From NCBI GenBank assembly GCA_003971905.1, contig RSEE01000008.1:868001-932000 (forward strand): DNA of 64,000 nt, written 5' to 3'. Made by a program: the position numbers and the translations under genes. Below, piece after piece: positions 25,888 to 38,828 of the stretch; the stretch's first letter is position 1; each line of letters starts with the position of its first letter. This DNA comes from Moniliella sp. 'wahieum' (lineage: Eukaryota). The notes beneath the pieces were generated by a model. It saw nothing but the letters and a program-made list of their open reading frames with translations, was not told the DNA's origin and did no database searches.

Positions 25888-27419
25888 TCACCACAACGAC
25901 GACACTGCCAGCAGAGCCGCTGCCAAGGTGAGAGCAGGCGCAGTGGTGAGGCTAGCCACCGAAGAGGACGTGGCGCCTGGAACGACGGTTCCGTTGGGCT
26001 CGGCCGTGGGCTGGTACCGGTTGTGCGTGCCAGGGCCGTAGAGGCCAGTGACGTTCCCGTTGACATAGTCCCGCCGCGCGGCGGCCATGAGCAAGATGAA
26101 CGACAGCGCCTCGGGCGAAGTAGGTCCCGGCGCGTAAAAGTTCAAGACATTGACGGTGTTCAGGGGTCCCAGCAATTCGCCCGCTGGTCCCAACGAGCCT
26201 TGAATGGTCTGGTAAATTTTCTCGGCAGCCGCCACATGCTGAGTTTGGTTGGCTGCCATGCTGGCCACGCGGAAGGCAGAGTAAGACAAAAGTGCACTGC
26301 CCGCCGCATCAAGGAAGGTCGAGGTGTCGTTCAGGTGGTTGTGCAGCAATCCCGTCGAGGCATCTGCCTGGGAAAAGGCAGCGCCGAGAATCTGGTCGGT
26401 CCAAGTGTAGAGATCGTTGACTTGCGATAGCATCGCGGACGCATGACTGCTCTGCACGATGCTGGCTATTGTGCGGAGAAACCCGGCAGTCGCCCATCCG
26501 TTCCCAGTCGCCTTTAAGTCAAGAGACAGAAAAGCCAGTGTCAGTGCGTCTTGGGTCGTGCCAAAGAGCTTAGGAAAAGGGAGAAACGTACCCAAAGGGA
26601 CGGGTCCGAATTGTTGCCCGTAATATTGACAATGTGCGACAACAGCCCCGAGGGCTGGACCAAGCCCTCATGATAGAGTCGCATCTGGTCGTACGCCAGC
26701 TGGAGCAAAGTCTGGTTATCATACACGGTGCCGTAGATCCCCAGGGACGAAGCCATGTAGATCCCGTCGGACCACAGTTCTTGCGTCGCAGTCCGCTGGC
26801 TGATTGCGCCCGAGGGAGTACGTGGCGTCCGGTTCAAGACAAAGTCCAGTTGCTTCCGGGCGGCCGTGGTAAAGGTCCCATTGTTGTTAGCGTCTTCGTG
26901 CCCCGTGATCTCGCCCGTACTGGCCGCCGCCAGTAGGACCGGGACCGAGCACGAGAGCGAGTCGAGGCTGGACCCGGCCCACACATCTTCTTCTCCTGTC
27001 ACATACGAGCACAGACGCCCAGAACTGTCCTGCGACCCCACTGCCGAGTTGGCCAAGCTAATCTGGACAACGGGAAGGTGCTCCTTGGGGGAAAGGGAGC
27101 CGCTACCGTAGGCCAAACCATCCTTGCTGTCCGTAAAGTAGTTCCACTCGCTCGGGGCCTGAAGTTCAAGGAGGGTAGCGGCATAGGTGCCTTGCACCCA
27201 GCTCGGGCGCTGTCCGGCCGAGATGGCAGACAAGGCGGCTTCAATCAAGGTGTCGTTGACCTTGCCGCTGACTTTGGTGCTGCCACTGCCAGAGCGGCGC
27301 AGGAGCCGGAACGGGGGGGTACTGGGCAAGTCACGTTTGGCGGGCATGGCGCAGACAGAGGCGGGGAGGCCAGCTGCCAGGCCAAGAGCCAAAATAGCGG
27401 CGGCAGAAAGGTGGACCAT
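25888..27419 (-). CDS. secreted six-hairpin glycosidase, GH105-like, probably GPI-anchored
   Basis: Signal peptide MVHLSAAAILALG, SWVQGT, PRTPSGAISQR...ELWSDGIYM, SGLLSHI, W/ATGNGWATAG (split by an intron at about 26511-26590), SPEALSFILL and a hydrophobic C-terminus. Confidence 0.8.
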
Positions 27420-30020
27420 GCCGCTGGTGGTTAAAGACGGGAGGGGGCGGGGAGAGGGGCGGGGAGAGAGGGGGGGGAGAGGGCGGGCAGGTGGGGGGAA
27501 AGAGCAGGCGGAAGCAGACCAGCTTCTGTAAGCGTCGCGTCGAACGGGGAAGATGGGCGGCAGGGGGACGGCGAGGCGTGGCGGGTTGGGGGGGTATAAG
27601 TATCTACACTCCTCGGGCCTCTGGCTAAGGCCTCCCCCAAGGTATGCAAAAAAAGGCAAGAGAAAAGAGGGGCTAGGTACCGGAGACAGGCCCAGTCTGC
27701 ACACCCGCTCAGGGCATGCCTGAAATTCTGGCGAGCCGGCACACAGCGCAGCTGCCCAGTGCACGGAGCACACCTTGCCGTGTACACGCACGAGCCCAGT
27801 CGCGGGGAAAACTGCCGGACGACGGGTGATCGCTGACGAAGATATGACGCAGTGCGCTGCCCAGCTGCGGCACAGGGCCAGTGGTGTGCGGCACCGGTTT
27901 CACTGGAGCGGCTGCTGTTTCCATTCTTCGCAAGCGGCGTGCCGTGTATCACACTCAAAGCCGGGGGGGGCAGCCTCTCCGAGATCTCACATACAAATCT
28001 CAAATCTCATCCGCTCGCAGCAGTTTCCGCATGCAGAATGTGGCGAGCGTGCGCATGCTCCTCCAGCAGTCACTATACTAGTCATCTTGTCGTACTCAGT
28101 ACTCAGTACTCGTGCATCATGCACATGCCCATGGTCAAACCCATCCCCTAGGACGCAGCCATACGCTGAACTGAGCCCTTTGGACGAAACCGCACATTCA
28201 TCTGGCAACACTCCCATTCCAGTCTCCCCACCGCCATCCATCCCCATTTACGTCTTCTCGCTTGTGATGGAGATTTCTGTCGCCTCGCTTCTACGCAGTT
28301 ACGGGCTACGGGTTACATGCATGCCGTGCCTACATGGTTACAGGGCTATCGGCTGCACGGTTACGCGTACGTCGGCACAGTGTGGCTGCGCACCTGGCGC
28401 ATCGACCGCGGCCACGGCGTCGCACGGCAGCTCCCGGCTCGGCCAAGCCGCTGCCTGCGCGGCTTAGCACCGGTATAACCGGTAACCTGGCATGGTGTAA
28501 AAGTGCATAGCATAACCGCCGCCTGCCCCCACTTGCCCTCCAAGCTTAAAGCATCAAAATTCACATGCACCCACCACACCCTATACAGGTGGGAAGGGGC
28601 GGTGACATAGACTTAGACTTGTGACGACGTGGCCGGCGACCGGTGATATTTTCCCATTGCAGAATTTATTCGTGCGGTGGCTGCGTGCAGTTGAGGCTCA
28701 ACTGAACGTACTGAATGTGCACGTGGGATGCACGGTGTGCGACACATGATCAGTGATCGATGTCGGGCGTTCCACGCAGGTCTTGTTTTCCGTAGATGGT
28801 TCGGCAGGAAGGGTATCGGTGACCACGTGAACTCAGAGAAGTCAATGATTAATGGCGGGTGCCGTGGCCGCCGAGATCTGGAAGGTCCTGGGAAGGCGGG
28901 AGGCTAGAGTAGGCTATTGTACCTAGTGTCTTTGTTGCGCGGTGCAGCTTGGCCTTCTTGGCGAGCGTGGCGCTTTAAGTGTGAGCGCGTAAGCCACAGG
29001 AAAACACAGGCTGTGCAGCTGTGACGCGGTGACGTTCAACGCGCAGTACACATTCAGGCCGCAGGGATGGACGCAACGTACAGAGATAGCGTGCCCGCGC
29101 TGTATATCTCCCGATTGTACTTACCTCGTATACATACCTCCTGTGGGCTCCGCGCGGCAGATGGCGGCAGAGTGGCGGTACGTTGCCTTTTTCTTTTGCA
29201 TTGTGACATGTGACGCGTGACGCGTGACCGTCGCGCGCGAATCTGCATCAGGCCCTCAGGCCCTCAGGCCGGTCATCACCATGGTCATCACCATCTCAAG
29301 ATCTCAAAAGTATATACTCACGACTCTTCCATCCATCGATATCCTTCCGCCATAGTATTACCATCTGACCAGCTGCATACTCACCACAGCGAGACACTTT
29401 CTGTGTCACAAGCATATACCTTTCGCAATACCCATTCCTAGAGGATGGGCGCTTTTCGTCGCATATATATGGACTCTATACTACCTTTTCTTTTTCCCCA
29501 TCCGAGAATCCCGATCTTTTGGATCCCCCCCACCTTCTCTATCAGCAAGCTTGCATTTAAAAGGTTCACGCGCACTTCTGCAAAAAAGGTCTGTGCCATT
29601 CGAAAACACATGTTGCGCGCACTCTGTTCTCCATATGACCATCAGCTAACATCCGTCGACGTATCAACATCTTCTGTGCGTTAAATTCATCAGAGGAGAG
29701 CCCATGTTCCTTGTCATCCCTCCTCTTCAGAGACATGGTAGTAGAACCACGAAAGCGATATGTCTTATCGATCGATCATCGGGATTCGTCCTACCTCCTC
29801 TCATTTCATCATCGAGTGTGCAGACTCCCGGTACTACTCACGCGGTATACTGACCGTCGGGTTGCAGGAAGAAAATATATACACAGAAAAGGACGTTTCT
29901 GACCGCAGGCCACCATCAAGATATAGAAAGACAAGTAAGCACTTAAACAACTAATATTTTGTGCCGTGTGGACATTGATCATTCATCAACAGCATGATGG
30001 CCATTTTTGCATATATATAT

Positions 30021-30921
30021 ACGAGGAGACCACCGGCCTACGGCCCGGTCAGCTGGGGCTTCGCCCCAGCTTGGTGCTGCGTCGCAGCCGCCACCGTAGC
30101 CACCGTTCCCCCGTCGCCACCTTAGCCACCGTTCCCCCGGTCCACCATTGCCACCTTAGCCACCGTTCCCCCGGTCCCCCGTCGCCACCTTAGCCACCGT
30201 TCCCCCTTCGCCACCGTAGTTATAATATCACCGATACGCGCTGGCTGCGGGTGGCTGGGAACGTGGCACCGGTCGGCACGTGCCTATGACGTAAAAGATG
30301 CACGGCGGATCAATTTTGCATATGACATAGAACCTATGGTGGAGGAAGAGGATGGGACGAGGCGCGGACGGAAGGCACAGCGCACCGATTACCGCGTGAT
30401 GGGGCCCGGAGCACTGGGAGGAACCGGAATGGAGGTAGACCACACGCTGCGCGACACGGGATCGCAGGAGGCGCAGAGCGCGTACCGGCGGGTGGTGCAT
30501 GAGAGCACTGCGTCGCCTTTGGAACGCCGGGAGAAGGAACTGCTTCGGCTGCTTGAACAAGCAGAATGCGACAAGAACGCCAAGTACCAGGGACGCACTC
30601 AAGAACCGTTTTTCCCCCTGGTTTTGACGACGCGAGGATACTACGGCACCAAGACGGCGGGCAAGTTGTTTGCGCATTGGAAGGAGTTGGCTACTAAGTC
30701 TCAGTGGAAATGGTTCCTCGCTCGTATGTCAACCACGTTCCTCCGTGTCCACACGCGCTTCCTAGGGTACGGGACCAGATGGCGTGAGCCGGAGGGTCCT
30801 GATATCCTGGCGATCCCCCTGGTCCCTTAATCTTGGTGGCGCTTCCAAGTAACCCCCGCAAGATGAACGGTTCGGTTTAGACGTAGCGTTCCCCCTGTCG
30901 CAGCCTTAAGCTCTGTCAATG
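30021..30921 (+). mobile_element. non-autonomous remnant of an RLE-type (CRE/R2-like) non-LTR retroelement, copy 1
   Basis: ORF 30336-30830 has the motifs EP...RTD...EVD...E-x2-K-x2-KY...FFPLVLTTRG. Segment 30550-30921 is near-identical to 53259-53623. The 5' boundary is inferred from hairpins and a tandem repeat after an (AT)n run. Confidence 0.7.
30089..30219. repeat. minisatellite, 4 units of GCCACC(G/T)TAGCCACCGTTCCCCC with variable spacers
   Basis: Visible directly in the sequence. Confidence 0.9.
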
Positions 30922-31953
30922 GAATGCACACAACATAGAGATACTGACTGATGTGGTTGTCCATGCAAGTTGTACATGAGCACCAATACTGACTAACATT
31001 TAATGAGTCGTTACTATATGCGACAACATCCTTCCGCCGTTTCTACTTGCAACACAGAAGAATGTTTAGAGACGCAATAAAGGCGCAACTGCCCACAAAA
31101 GGTGCTCATGGTTTTGGGAGCAACAGCCGTGGACCCTATAGGGAAAAACGTTGATTCTCTCACTCTAGCACGCCTATGAGAGGCCGCTTGTATAAGCGCT
31201 AAGCGCCAAACCGTCACAACACTTTTGGCGATACCGGAACGGTAACTGGTCGGGGAGGGATTTATACCAGTGGTCCAATCTTTGCAACATGATCGAAACC
31301 CCTGTTGCCATCGGAGCTTGTTGGCACATCCTTTTTGCCAATGGAGAGGTGTGTATCATAGTCCTCTGTTGCTCGCATTTTTGCACAATCTATACCCCCC
31401 ACCCATTTCTTTCTAAACCTGGTAGCTCTGCTCTCGATGAATGAATACTTGACCTCCTTCTACAGTACTTATACTTGTGATTGACCGAGACATTGTATAA
31501 CCGGGGGGACTGATGCACTGATGCCACAATTTCACCCCCGCCAAAACACAGCTTGCCTCACGGAGCAAGTGCAACGACAGTATAGCTTTTGGGTTGTGCT
31601 TCGCCGAAATGAACCAGTAATCACTCACACGAAGGGCTGCGAGAGCTCTACTGCTTCAATGCTTTTCCATGTGGCTGTGTCAGACGTAGACCTACATGGA
31701 ATTTGAAGCAACACATCTATATGCTCTTGGTATCTATTACAATCCCTCGTCCCGTCAACGCTGGGTGACAGCCAACAGCGTTTAGCATCTACACCGCATT
31801 GAGGACAAAATGTGATGGGCCGCCTTCCTTTTCAGACTGCCCTCTCATCCCCTTTTCACTTCTATCTATCTATCGCAAACCCTATACAAGGATGGTATGG
31901 CAGAAGACGAAAAACAAGTATGTTTTTCCCCCGTACATCACATGAAAGGTTGT

Positions 31954-33165
31954 TTAGATGTCGTCCACTTCCATCTTGCGCAACTTGTCTTGAAGCTCTC
32001 CCTGCAACTTGTTGATGGCTTGGGTCGCCTTCTTGACTTCCGTGTCAATCTAATCATGTGAATGCAGAACCATTAGTATACTTGCCAGGGTGTCGTACGG
32101 GATCGCGTCACTTACCTCCTCTGCTTCTGACTCGCCCTCGTTTTTGCCCACCACGCCTTTGTTTGTATCCTTTTGAGCAACCTTTCTTGCGCCTTTGCGT
32201 ACATACCGTGCTTTGCGTCGGTAATGCTCGGCCACCGAAGCCACCTCCTTGACCATCTCCTTCCTGGTATCCTCCGTTGCTCTGATGTATTACATCACAC
32301 AGAGGAAGTTAGCTTGATTAACTGCAACTCGCCTTGACCTTTTATTGCAGGCTGGGGGGTGTGAGAACATGGATAATACGTACTTGGGCAAGGGGACACG
32401 GATCACTCCCTCATCGTCTTCGGGCTGCAAGGTAGGTACTAGGCTGAGGTGCGAGTCATAAATGGCCTTCTCGACTGCTTTGACGTACTGGATGCATAAC
32501 CGAAATACACAGTCAGTGCTCTCCTCTATGTCAGAATACTCAAGCGATACGGGACGTACGCTCTTGTCAAAGCAGCTGATCACGAAGCCATCGTTGTTGG
32601 CGCTCACATTGGCCAACTCTTTAATCTGGTGAGTTGTGTCGTCACGGTTGTGGTGCAACTGGGCTGGGAGTCGCTCGATCGTCTCTGGAATCAGCAATGG
32701 TCAGCGCTCTAGTCGTTCTTGACACACGCCGCACAGAGCTTTGAGGTAGGGCTGACAGGACATACTGGGATCCGGGTTGCCCAAACGGGACATCACTTCT
32801 GAAAAACGCATCTCGGCCTCCGAGACGACCTGCTCGAACTGCTCCCACGTCTCGTCTTGGTCATACTGTTCTCCCTTGCGTTTATCGTCTCCGACCGTGC
32901 CCGCATTCTTGCTCGAGTCATGCGGGTCGATCACCGCGGTCTCTCCTGCCGAATCACGTTCCATCTCCGTCAGGTCCCCGGGGTCGTCTTGCGCCCGTTT
33001 CTTTTGCTTTGCGCTGGGCCGGTTTTTTTCCGCCAGCGCCGAGGTGGTGAAGGTACGTGTGGTACGAAGGGGTTGGGGAAACTGTGCGCGCATTCCCTGA
33101 GGCCATGCCATAGCCATAGGCAATGCCGTGCGCGCAATCCGACTGACCAACCGCATCAGGACCAT
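31954..33165 (-). CDS. RRF1: mitochondrial ribosome recycling factor
   Basis: Presequence, IKELANVS, VKAVEKAIYDSHLSLVP, VIRVPLPK, TEDTRKEMVKEV...RYVRKGARK. Several introns. Confidence 0.8.
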
Positions 33166-33897
33166 GGTGCTAGTCTCAACCGGCAGGGGAAACAAAAGGT
33201 TTTTGGGAGGATGCAAGCGTTGCGGCGAACTATGCAGACTTGAGCACGCTGCTTTTAACCTCCTCATCAACATTGCCCGCTCATACCCCCCTTTCTCCGT
33301 AGACGTAACGGTACTCTCACTATGGGCCCCATATTCTCGATGGGCGGCCTCAATCTTTCAGATCGACCACTGGGTCAGGACACCTGGTGACCGGTGACCT
33401 CGGAAGCCCATAACGGGCACAGTGACATCATCCTTCTCGATTGTAGCTACATCGGGCCAAGTGTGAATAACATCCGATCCTCACGATCTGACACACCCCA
33501 TCGGCCATCCTATTCATCATTTGGAGTGACGCACAAAGCCACCGTCGTAGAGACGCCCGATCTCGGGGACACATATAATATTTCAGGATCAAGTCGAGCG
33601 AAAGAGAAGGAAGGAAGGATGTGGTCCCAAGGAGAGGATATTGTAGAGAGAGGAGCTGCGTATGATGCGCGTGCGCGAGGGCTTGGCCATCTTGCCTATC
33701 ACGCGTCATGCATGATGCACATCACACATCACATGGCGAGGCAACTTCTTCCTTTTTCGTCCCCATCTGTTGCGATTACATCTGATGTCGCCAGTTCTTT
33801 TCTAGACACGCAGTGACGCACACCAGCACACCCGACGAGACACACACGTCGACAACAATGCATGGTGTACACATCGTACCAACTCCATCATCTCAAC

Positions 33898-36034
33898 TTA
33901 GTAGGAGCGGCCAAACATGGTCCAGGCCAACGCCTTCTTGCCGCACTGGGGGCAGACCTTGCCCTCGATCGAGGGGTAAGCAGCCTGGTCGTTGGGGATG
34001 CACAGCGACTTGGCGCCCATCGAAGGTGCACGCTCATCCACCTCCTCGTCGTTCTCAACTGTCCGCGCGGAGCGGTCCTTGATGGCGTCCTCACATGCCT
34101 CCTCCTTGCACCACGGGATGATCACATGGTTCTTGGCGTTCAACAGCGTCGTAAATTCGTCCCACTGGGTGCAGACCTTGCGGTGCGCCGCATACTCTGC
34201 CTCTGCCTTCTTGTACATGTCCGATTGGATCGTCTCCAGCAGCTCCGACACGCTCTTCTCCACTCCCTCAATCGGTAGGGCCGCCTTCTTAAACGTGTCA
34301 CGGCGCGCCGACAGCACCGACTTCTTCTTGAGGTCGAGCGGGCCAAGCTCCAAGCGGACCGGCACGCCACGCAGTTCCCAGTCATTGAACTTCCATGCTG
34401 GGCTGTAGTTGTCGCGGTCGTCGAATTTGGCCCGGATGCCAGCTGCAACGAGCTGCTTCCAGAGCTGCTCGCATGCATCGTGGATTTGCTTACGCTCCAC
34501 ATCACCGGTCTTGACGGTAATCCCAACAGGAATGATCACCACCTGCAGCTTGGCCACGCGCGGGGGCATGACCAGACCCTTATCATCACCGTGCACCATC
34601 ACCATCACACCCAACGTACGGGTCGAGAGACCCCACGAGTTCTGCCACACATGGATCTTACCCTCCGGGGTGCCGCGCACCGACGCATCCGCTGCCGGGT
34701 CTTCCACTGTGATGTCAAACATCTTGCTAAAGTTTTGGCCAAGGCAGTGCGAAGTACCACCCTGGATGCCACGGCCCACAGCCGGGATGAAGCCCTCGAC
34801 AGTCGTAGTAAACAGACCACCAGCAAATTTCTCCTTCTCCGACTTGACACCCGGCACGACAGGCAGAGCGAGGAGATCGGTATACACCTTGCGGTACAAG
34901 TCAAGGATGGTGTACACTTCCTCCTCTGCCTCCTTACGGGTGAGGAAAGCAGTGTGGCCTTCCTGCCACAAGAACTCACGAGTACGGAGGAACGGCTGGG
35001 GGTGCTTGAACTCCCAGCGCACGACCGAGTTCCACTGGTTCAGCTTCAGTGGCAGGTCGCGGTGCGAGGTGATCCACTTGGCATAGTAGGGGTACATGAC
35101 CGTCTCACTCGTCGGCCGAATGGCGACCGGACGTTCCAGCTCAGACTGGCCAGCACGCGTCACCCAGGCTACCTCGGGGGCAAAGCCCTCAATGTGGTCC
35201 TTCTCCCGTTCCAGCACATCCTGCGAAACAAACATGGGGAAGTAGCAGTCTTCCACTCCCAGCTTCTTGATCTCGGCGTCAAAGAAGCCTTGGATGCACT
35301 CCCACACAAAGTACGACCACGGCTTGATCACATAGCAACCCGACACATTGTAAAAGTCAATCATGTCTCCCTTGCGAAGAACCTGCTGGTACCAGTCCGA
35401 GAAGTCGCCCTCTTTCCGCACAGTAATTCCAATCAGCGAAGCATCCTCAATCTTAGCGTCGTTCTTTTTCGGCGCGGGCGCCTTCTTGGCTGCCGCTGGC
35501 GCCGCCGCGGCCTCGGTCTGGAGTGCCGCAAAGTCAATCACCTCCGTCTTGACGCCCGTGCTAGCGAGGTATTTGGCAATGTCCTGGCCCGACAAGAGCA
35601 GCGTCTTGTCGCTCGAACCGGCGTGCACAGCCTGCTTATCAGAGACGCAGCGAGCGGGCGCCATCAAGCGCGACCGTTACCTGTTCTGCGTTGGCCTTGG
35701 TGATGGACAGCGGCGACACATCGTCCTTGGTAGCGCTAAGCGTAGAGGTAAGCACGTCCGCCGACGCGAGGCGCAGATCCTTCAGACCAAGTTTTTTCCC
35801 CAGCGGCGCGGAGCTTGTCTCGGTTGTCTCGGACGCAATCACGACGAGCAGAGAGGCCTTGCCCTTGGGCTTGAAGACGAGAGTCTTGATGTAGGCGGCC
35901 GGGCCGGAGTGGGCGGCGGCCACCGCCGTCTTGTACTCGGCGGGGCTGGCGGCAGGGGCGTGCGCGATAGGCGCGTCGTGGCCTGCGATGGAGAGGGTGG
36001 CGAGCTGGGCCTGGATGTCGGCAAGCGTCGGCAT
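33898..36034 (-). CDS. cytosolic prolyl-tRNA synthetase with N-terminal YbaK/ProXp-like domain
   Basis: IKTLVFKPK...KDLRLAS (YbaK-like), FSDWYQQV, EKDHIEGFAPEVAWVT, RPTSETVMYP, FLRTREFLWQEGHT and C-terminal FGRSY*. Frameshift at about 35660. Confidence 0.97.
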
Positions 36035-36480
36035 GGCAGAGCAACGGCAGCGGCACACGACAGGTGGTGGGTGGGGGGGGGGTTGGGTCAAAGAAAAAGC
36101 CAGGCAAATCCACGTCGGCGCCGCCAACTGCTCCTGTGCCAGAGGAACGACTGGCCACCGTTCCGCAGCCAGTTCCGCACCGAACCAAAGCGCAACGAAA
36201 CGCCGGCTTGGGCTACACGCGGGGCGTGCCAATTTCGGGGTTTCACACCACTCCTGCCTGTCCCATGTCGTTGCTGCCGTCGCTTAAGAGGCTGCCATCG
36301 ACCAAATACGCGACCCTTACGACATGAGGACCGATCAGCGGGGAAAGCACATTTCTCTACCATTATCGCCCAGTAACGAAGAATCGCATCCGGGAAAAGG
36401 GAAATGCCCAATGTCCAAGCGGAGATTGTCCGAGGGACTGGGGACGTGGTTTCATTTGATGCCTTCGAGCCGTGATCGAA

Positions 36481-36582
36481 GCTTCGTTGGCGCAGTTGGC
36501 TAGCGCGCAGGTCTCATACTATGAGTCTGAGTGGAACATCCACGCCATCCTGAGGTCGCCAGTTCGAGCCTGGCACGAAGCA
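36481..36582 (+). tRNA. tRNA-Met (CAT, elongator-type) with intron at about 36519-36546
   Basis: Acceptor stem GCTTCGT/ACGAAGC, D arm TGGCGCAGTTGGCTAGCGC, anticodon CT-CAT-A, T arm GCCAGTTCGAGCCTGGC and a downstream T7 terminator. Confidence 0.93.
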
Positions 36583-38572
36583 TTTTTTTCGTTTGTGGGG
36601 GTCCATGTTGCCACTCTCTGGAACTTTTTATAGTGATCCAATGCACAGGACACCTAATATCTCTGGGAAAAGCGATCTTGCAGCGGTATCACTTGCATGA
36701 TAGGAGACTTTTACCGCGCCCTGTGTCAATCCGTGGGACACACGCACCGTCTATCTATATAACACAACCTTTTTCACCGCGCCCTTCCTCGAGGTTTTCT
36801 TTTGTCACTTGTTTTAGTGGTAATAGTCGGGGTGTACCAGGGTGTGTGCCTTAATCTTTCCGTGCCATGACCCACCAGATTCTCCTCTCCCGGTGCTCCT
36901 TTGTAGTTACCGGCCACCTGTCTTCCCACCACGGCTTTGCTCTTCTTCGCTTTTCCCTCACAACTACTTTGTTCTCCGCTTATACTGTTGAGTGACCGAG
37001 AGACCTGAGGCCACCCTCTCTCTCCTGTAGTGCACTGCTGCACGACGGAGAGTGTCTTCTCCTGTTGCACGACGCGACACGCACAACACAGTGCTTATTA
37101 CTATAGTAGTGTTGTGCCACAGTGACTGTAATATCCTATTAGACATGAATCAGTGTTGTCAGGGCCACCATCACCACCACCACACTGTCGCTACTGCGAT
37201 GGCATCACTTGGAGTCTCCTTTCATGGCAAACGTATGGCGGGAGAAAGATGCAGAGAGCTGGAATATATATCAGCGTGTTGGACGGGTTGGTGGTTCCCA
37301 CCGTACCGTTGGACAAAAAGAGCTCCCCCGGCTTCTCCAGCGGCAGGAGACTGTCCAAAATACAGGCAGACATCGCACTCACGCGCTCTAAAGCTCAGAC
37401 AAAAGGGGGCGTCCCTCCGGTAATTCTTGCTTATCGGCTTGATACTGGGCATATTCATCCTGGAGCATTACTCTCGTTCAACTTCTTTTACCGCTTTGAT
37501 ACTACTCTATATAGCGTTGGGATATAGATAACGCCGCGTCCTCTCTCCACTATCATCAGAAATTTGTTCTCTTCCGTGGTACGAATAGGGACGGGGACAT
37601 CGAGGCTCTCTCCTACTCCGCCCGCCAATCAAGGGCAGAGTGAAAGACCAGCAAAAGGTAGGCTAGGACGACATATTGCCTTTTTTTGAGTCGCGCCGCT
37701 TTTTGATCGCCCCCAGCACTTTTCCTGGTTGGCTGTATGGCCTCCCCACAATAGCGCCAATGTCTGAAATGGCTGCGTCTTCTTATCGCCTGAAGTGTCA
37801 CAGAAGGAAAGGGGGCTTCGTACACGGGGATCCGAGTTGTGGGAAACGGTTCAGGGCATCTCCGACAAACGAACTTGGCCCAAGCTCGACGATGACTTTT
37901 GCAGTTAAAGCAGCCTGTTGGCCTCTCTCATCGAGCGAGAGGCCGGAATATAGTCTCAGCATCGTACACCCTCACGAGCACGTTCTTCCCCTCTTTGGAA
38001 ACGTGGAGCAACGAAGGGGTAAGGAAGAGGGTGATCACACCTTCTTAACTTCCCGTATAGCGAGGGCGGTGGTTGGATGTTGGAGAGGGGGACAAAAGGC
38101 GATGTTGGCCACAAAAGGTTGATGAAAAGGTTGATGACCAACTCGTCTCCTGCGCACGGGGGGGGGGGCTGAGCTTTGGACAAAGGGATAGGCTCCTTAG
38201 TCCCACAACCCAGAATCGAAAGTGGTAGGAACATCGACCAATGTCAATGCTGCCAAAGAGACTTGCGCCCCGACACGGGCGTCATGGCGAGCCTTTTGGA
38301 TCTGCTCCTGCTCCTGTCTACTTCGTTGCGAGAGGCTTGTCCTTGGGGGCGTCTGTCTGTGAAATGACATGTGACGCGGCGGTCATCAATTCTATCATCG
38401 ATCAACGTTCAACTCACACCCATTTTAACTTTCAACTACGCACTGAGTACAAAGATAGGTGGCCCCAGAGACAGTGCTAGTGGGCTGCAGGCGCCCCTGT
38501 GCCTGCCTGGCGTGGCTAACTGACGTTTTTAATGACTGCCAGGACTCCTGCAGCTGCATCAGCGGCTCAGGG

Positions 38573-38623
38573 TGCATCATGCGTCATGCGTCATGCGTCA
38601 TGCATCATGCGTCATGCATCATG
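38573..38623. repeat. heptamer tandem repeat (CATGCGT/CATGCAT)n upstream of casein kinase I
   Basis: About 7 units visible directly. Confidence 0.9.
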
Positions 38624-38828
38624 CCTCTGCCCCAGCCTGATGCATGATGACTGATGAACGATGATCGATGACTAGATGACTGATCTTCAGCCTTGTTCCG
38701 CATCAACCATCCACATTCAGCACAAGCTCCTCAGCCCCACCCTCCGGCCTCAGGCTGAGGCTTGTCCATCATCGCCATCCCCTGCCCTCACCATCACCTC
38801 TGCTGGCTCGCACGCGGACGCCTGCGCC

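Noticed and set aside
30089..30219. Repeat with variable spacers as a CRISPR array
   Set aside because: The spacers are only a few to about 11 nt and related to each other, the context is eukaryotic, and there are no cas genes.
30336..30921. Fanzor/TnpB element with an omega-RNA (3' end contains TCAA)
   Set aside because: The ORF shows no RuvC or zinc-finger motifs. Its motif order fits an RLE endonuclease, and nested 5' truncation fits retrotransposition.
34480..35703. Long antisense ORFs opposite ProRS, AGX1, ATP2, NIK1 and the DPBB genes
   Set aside because: These are shadow ORFs expected from GC-rich codon bias on the coding strand.
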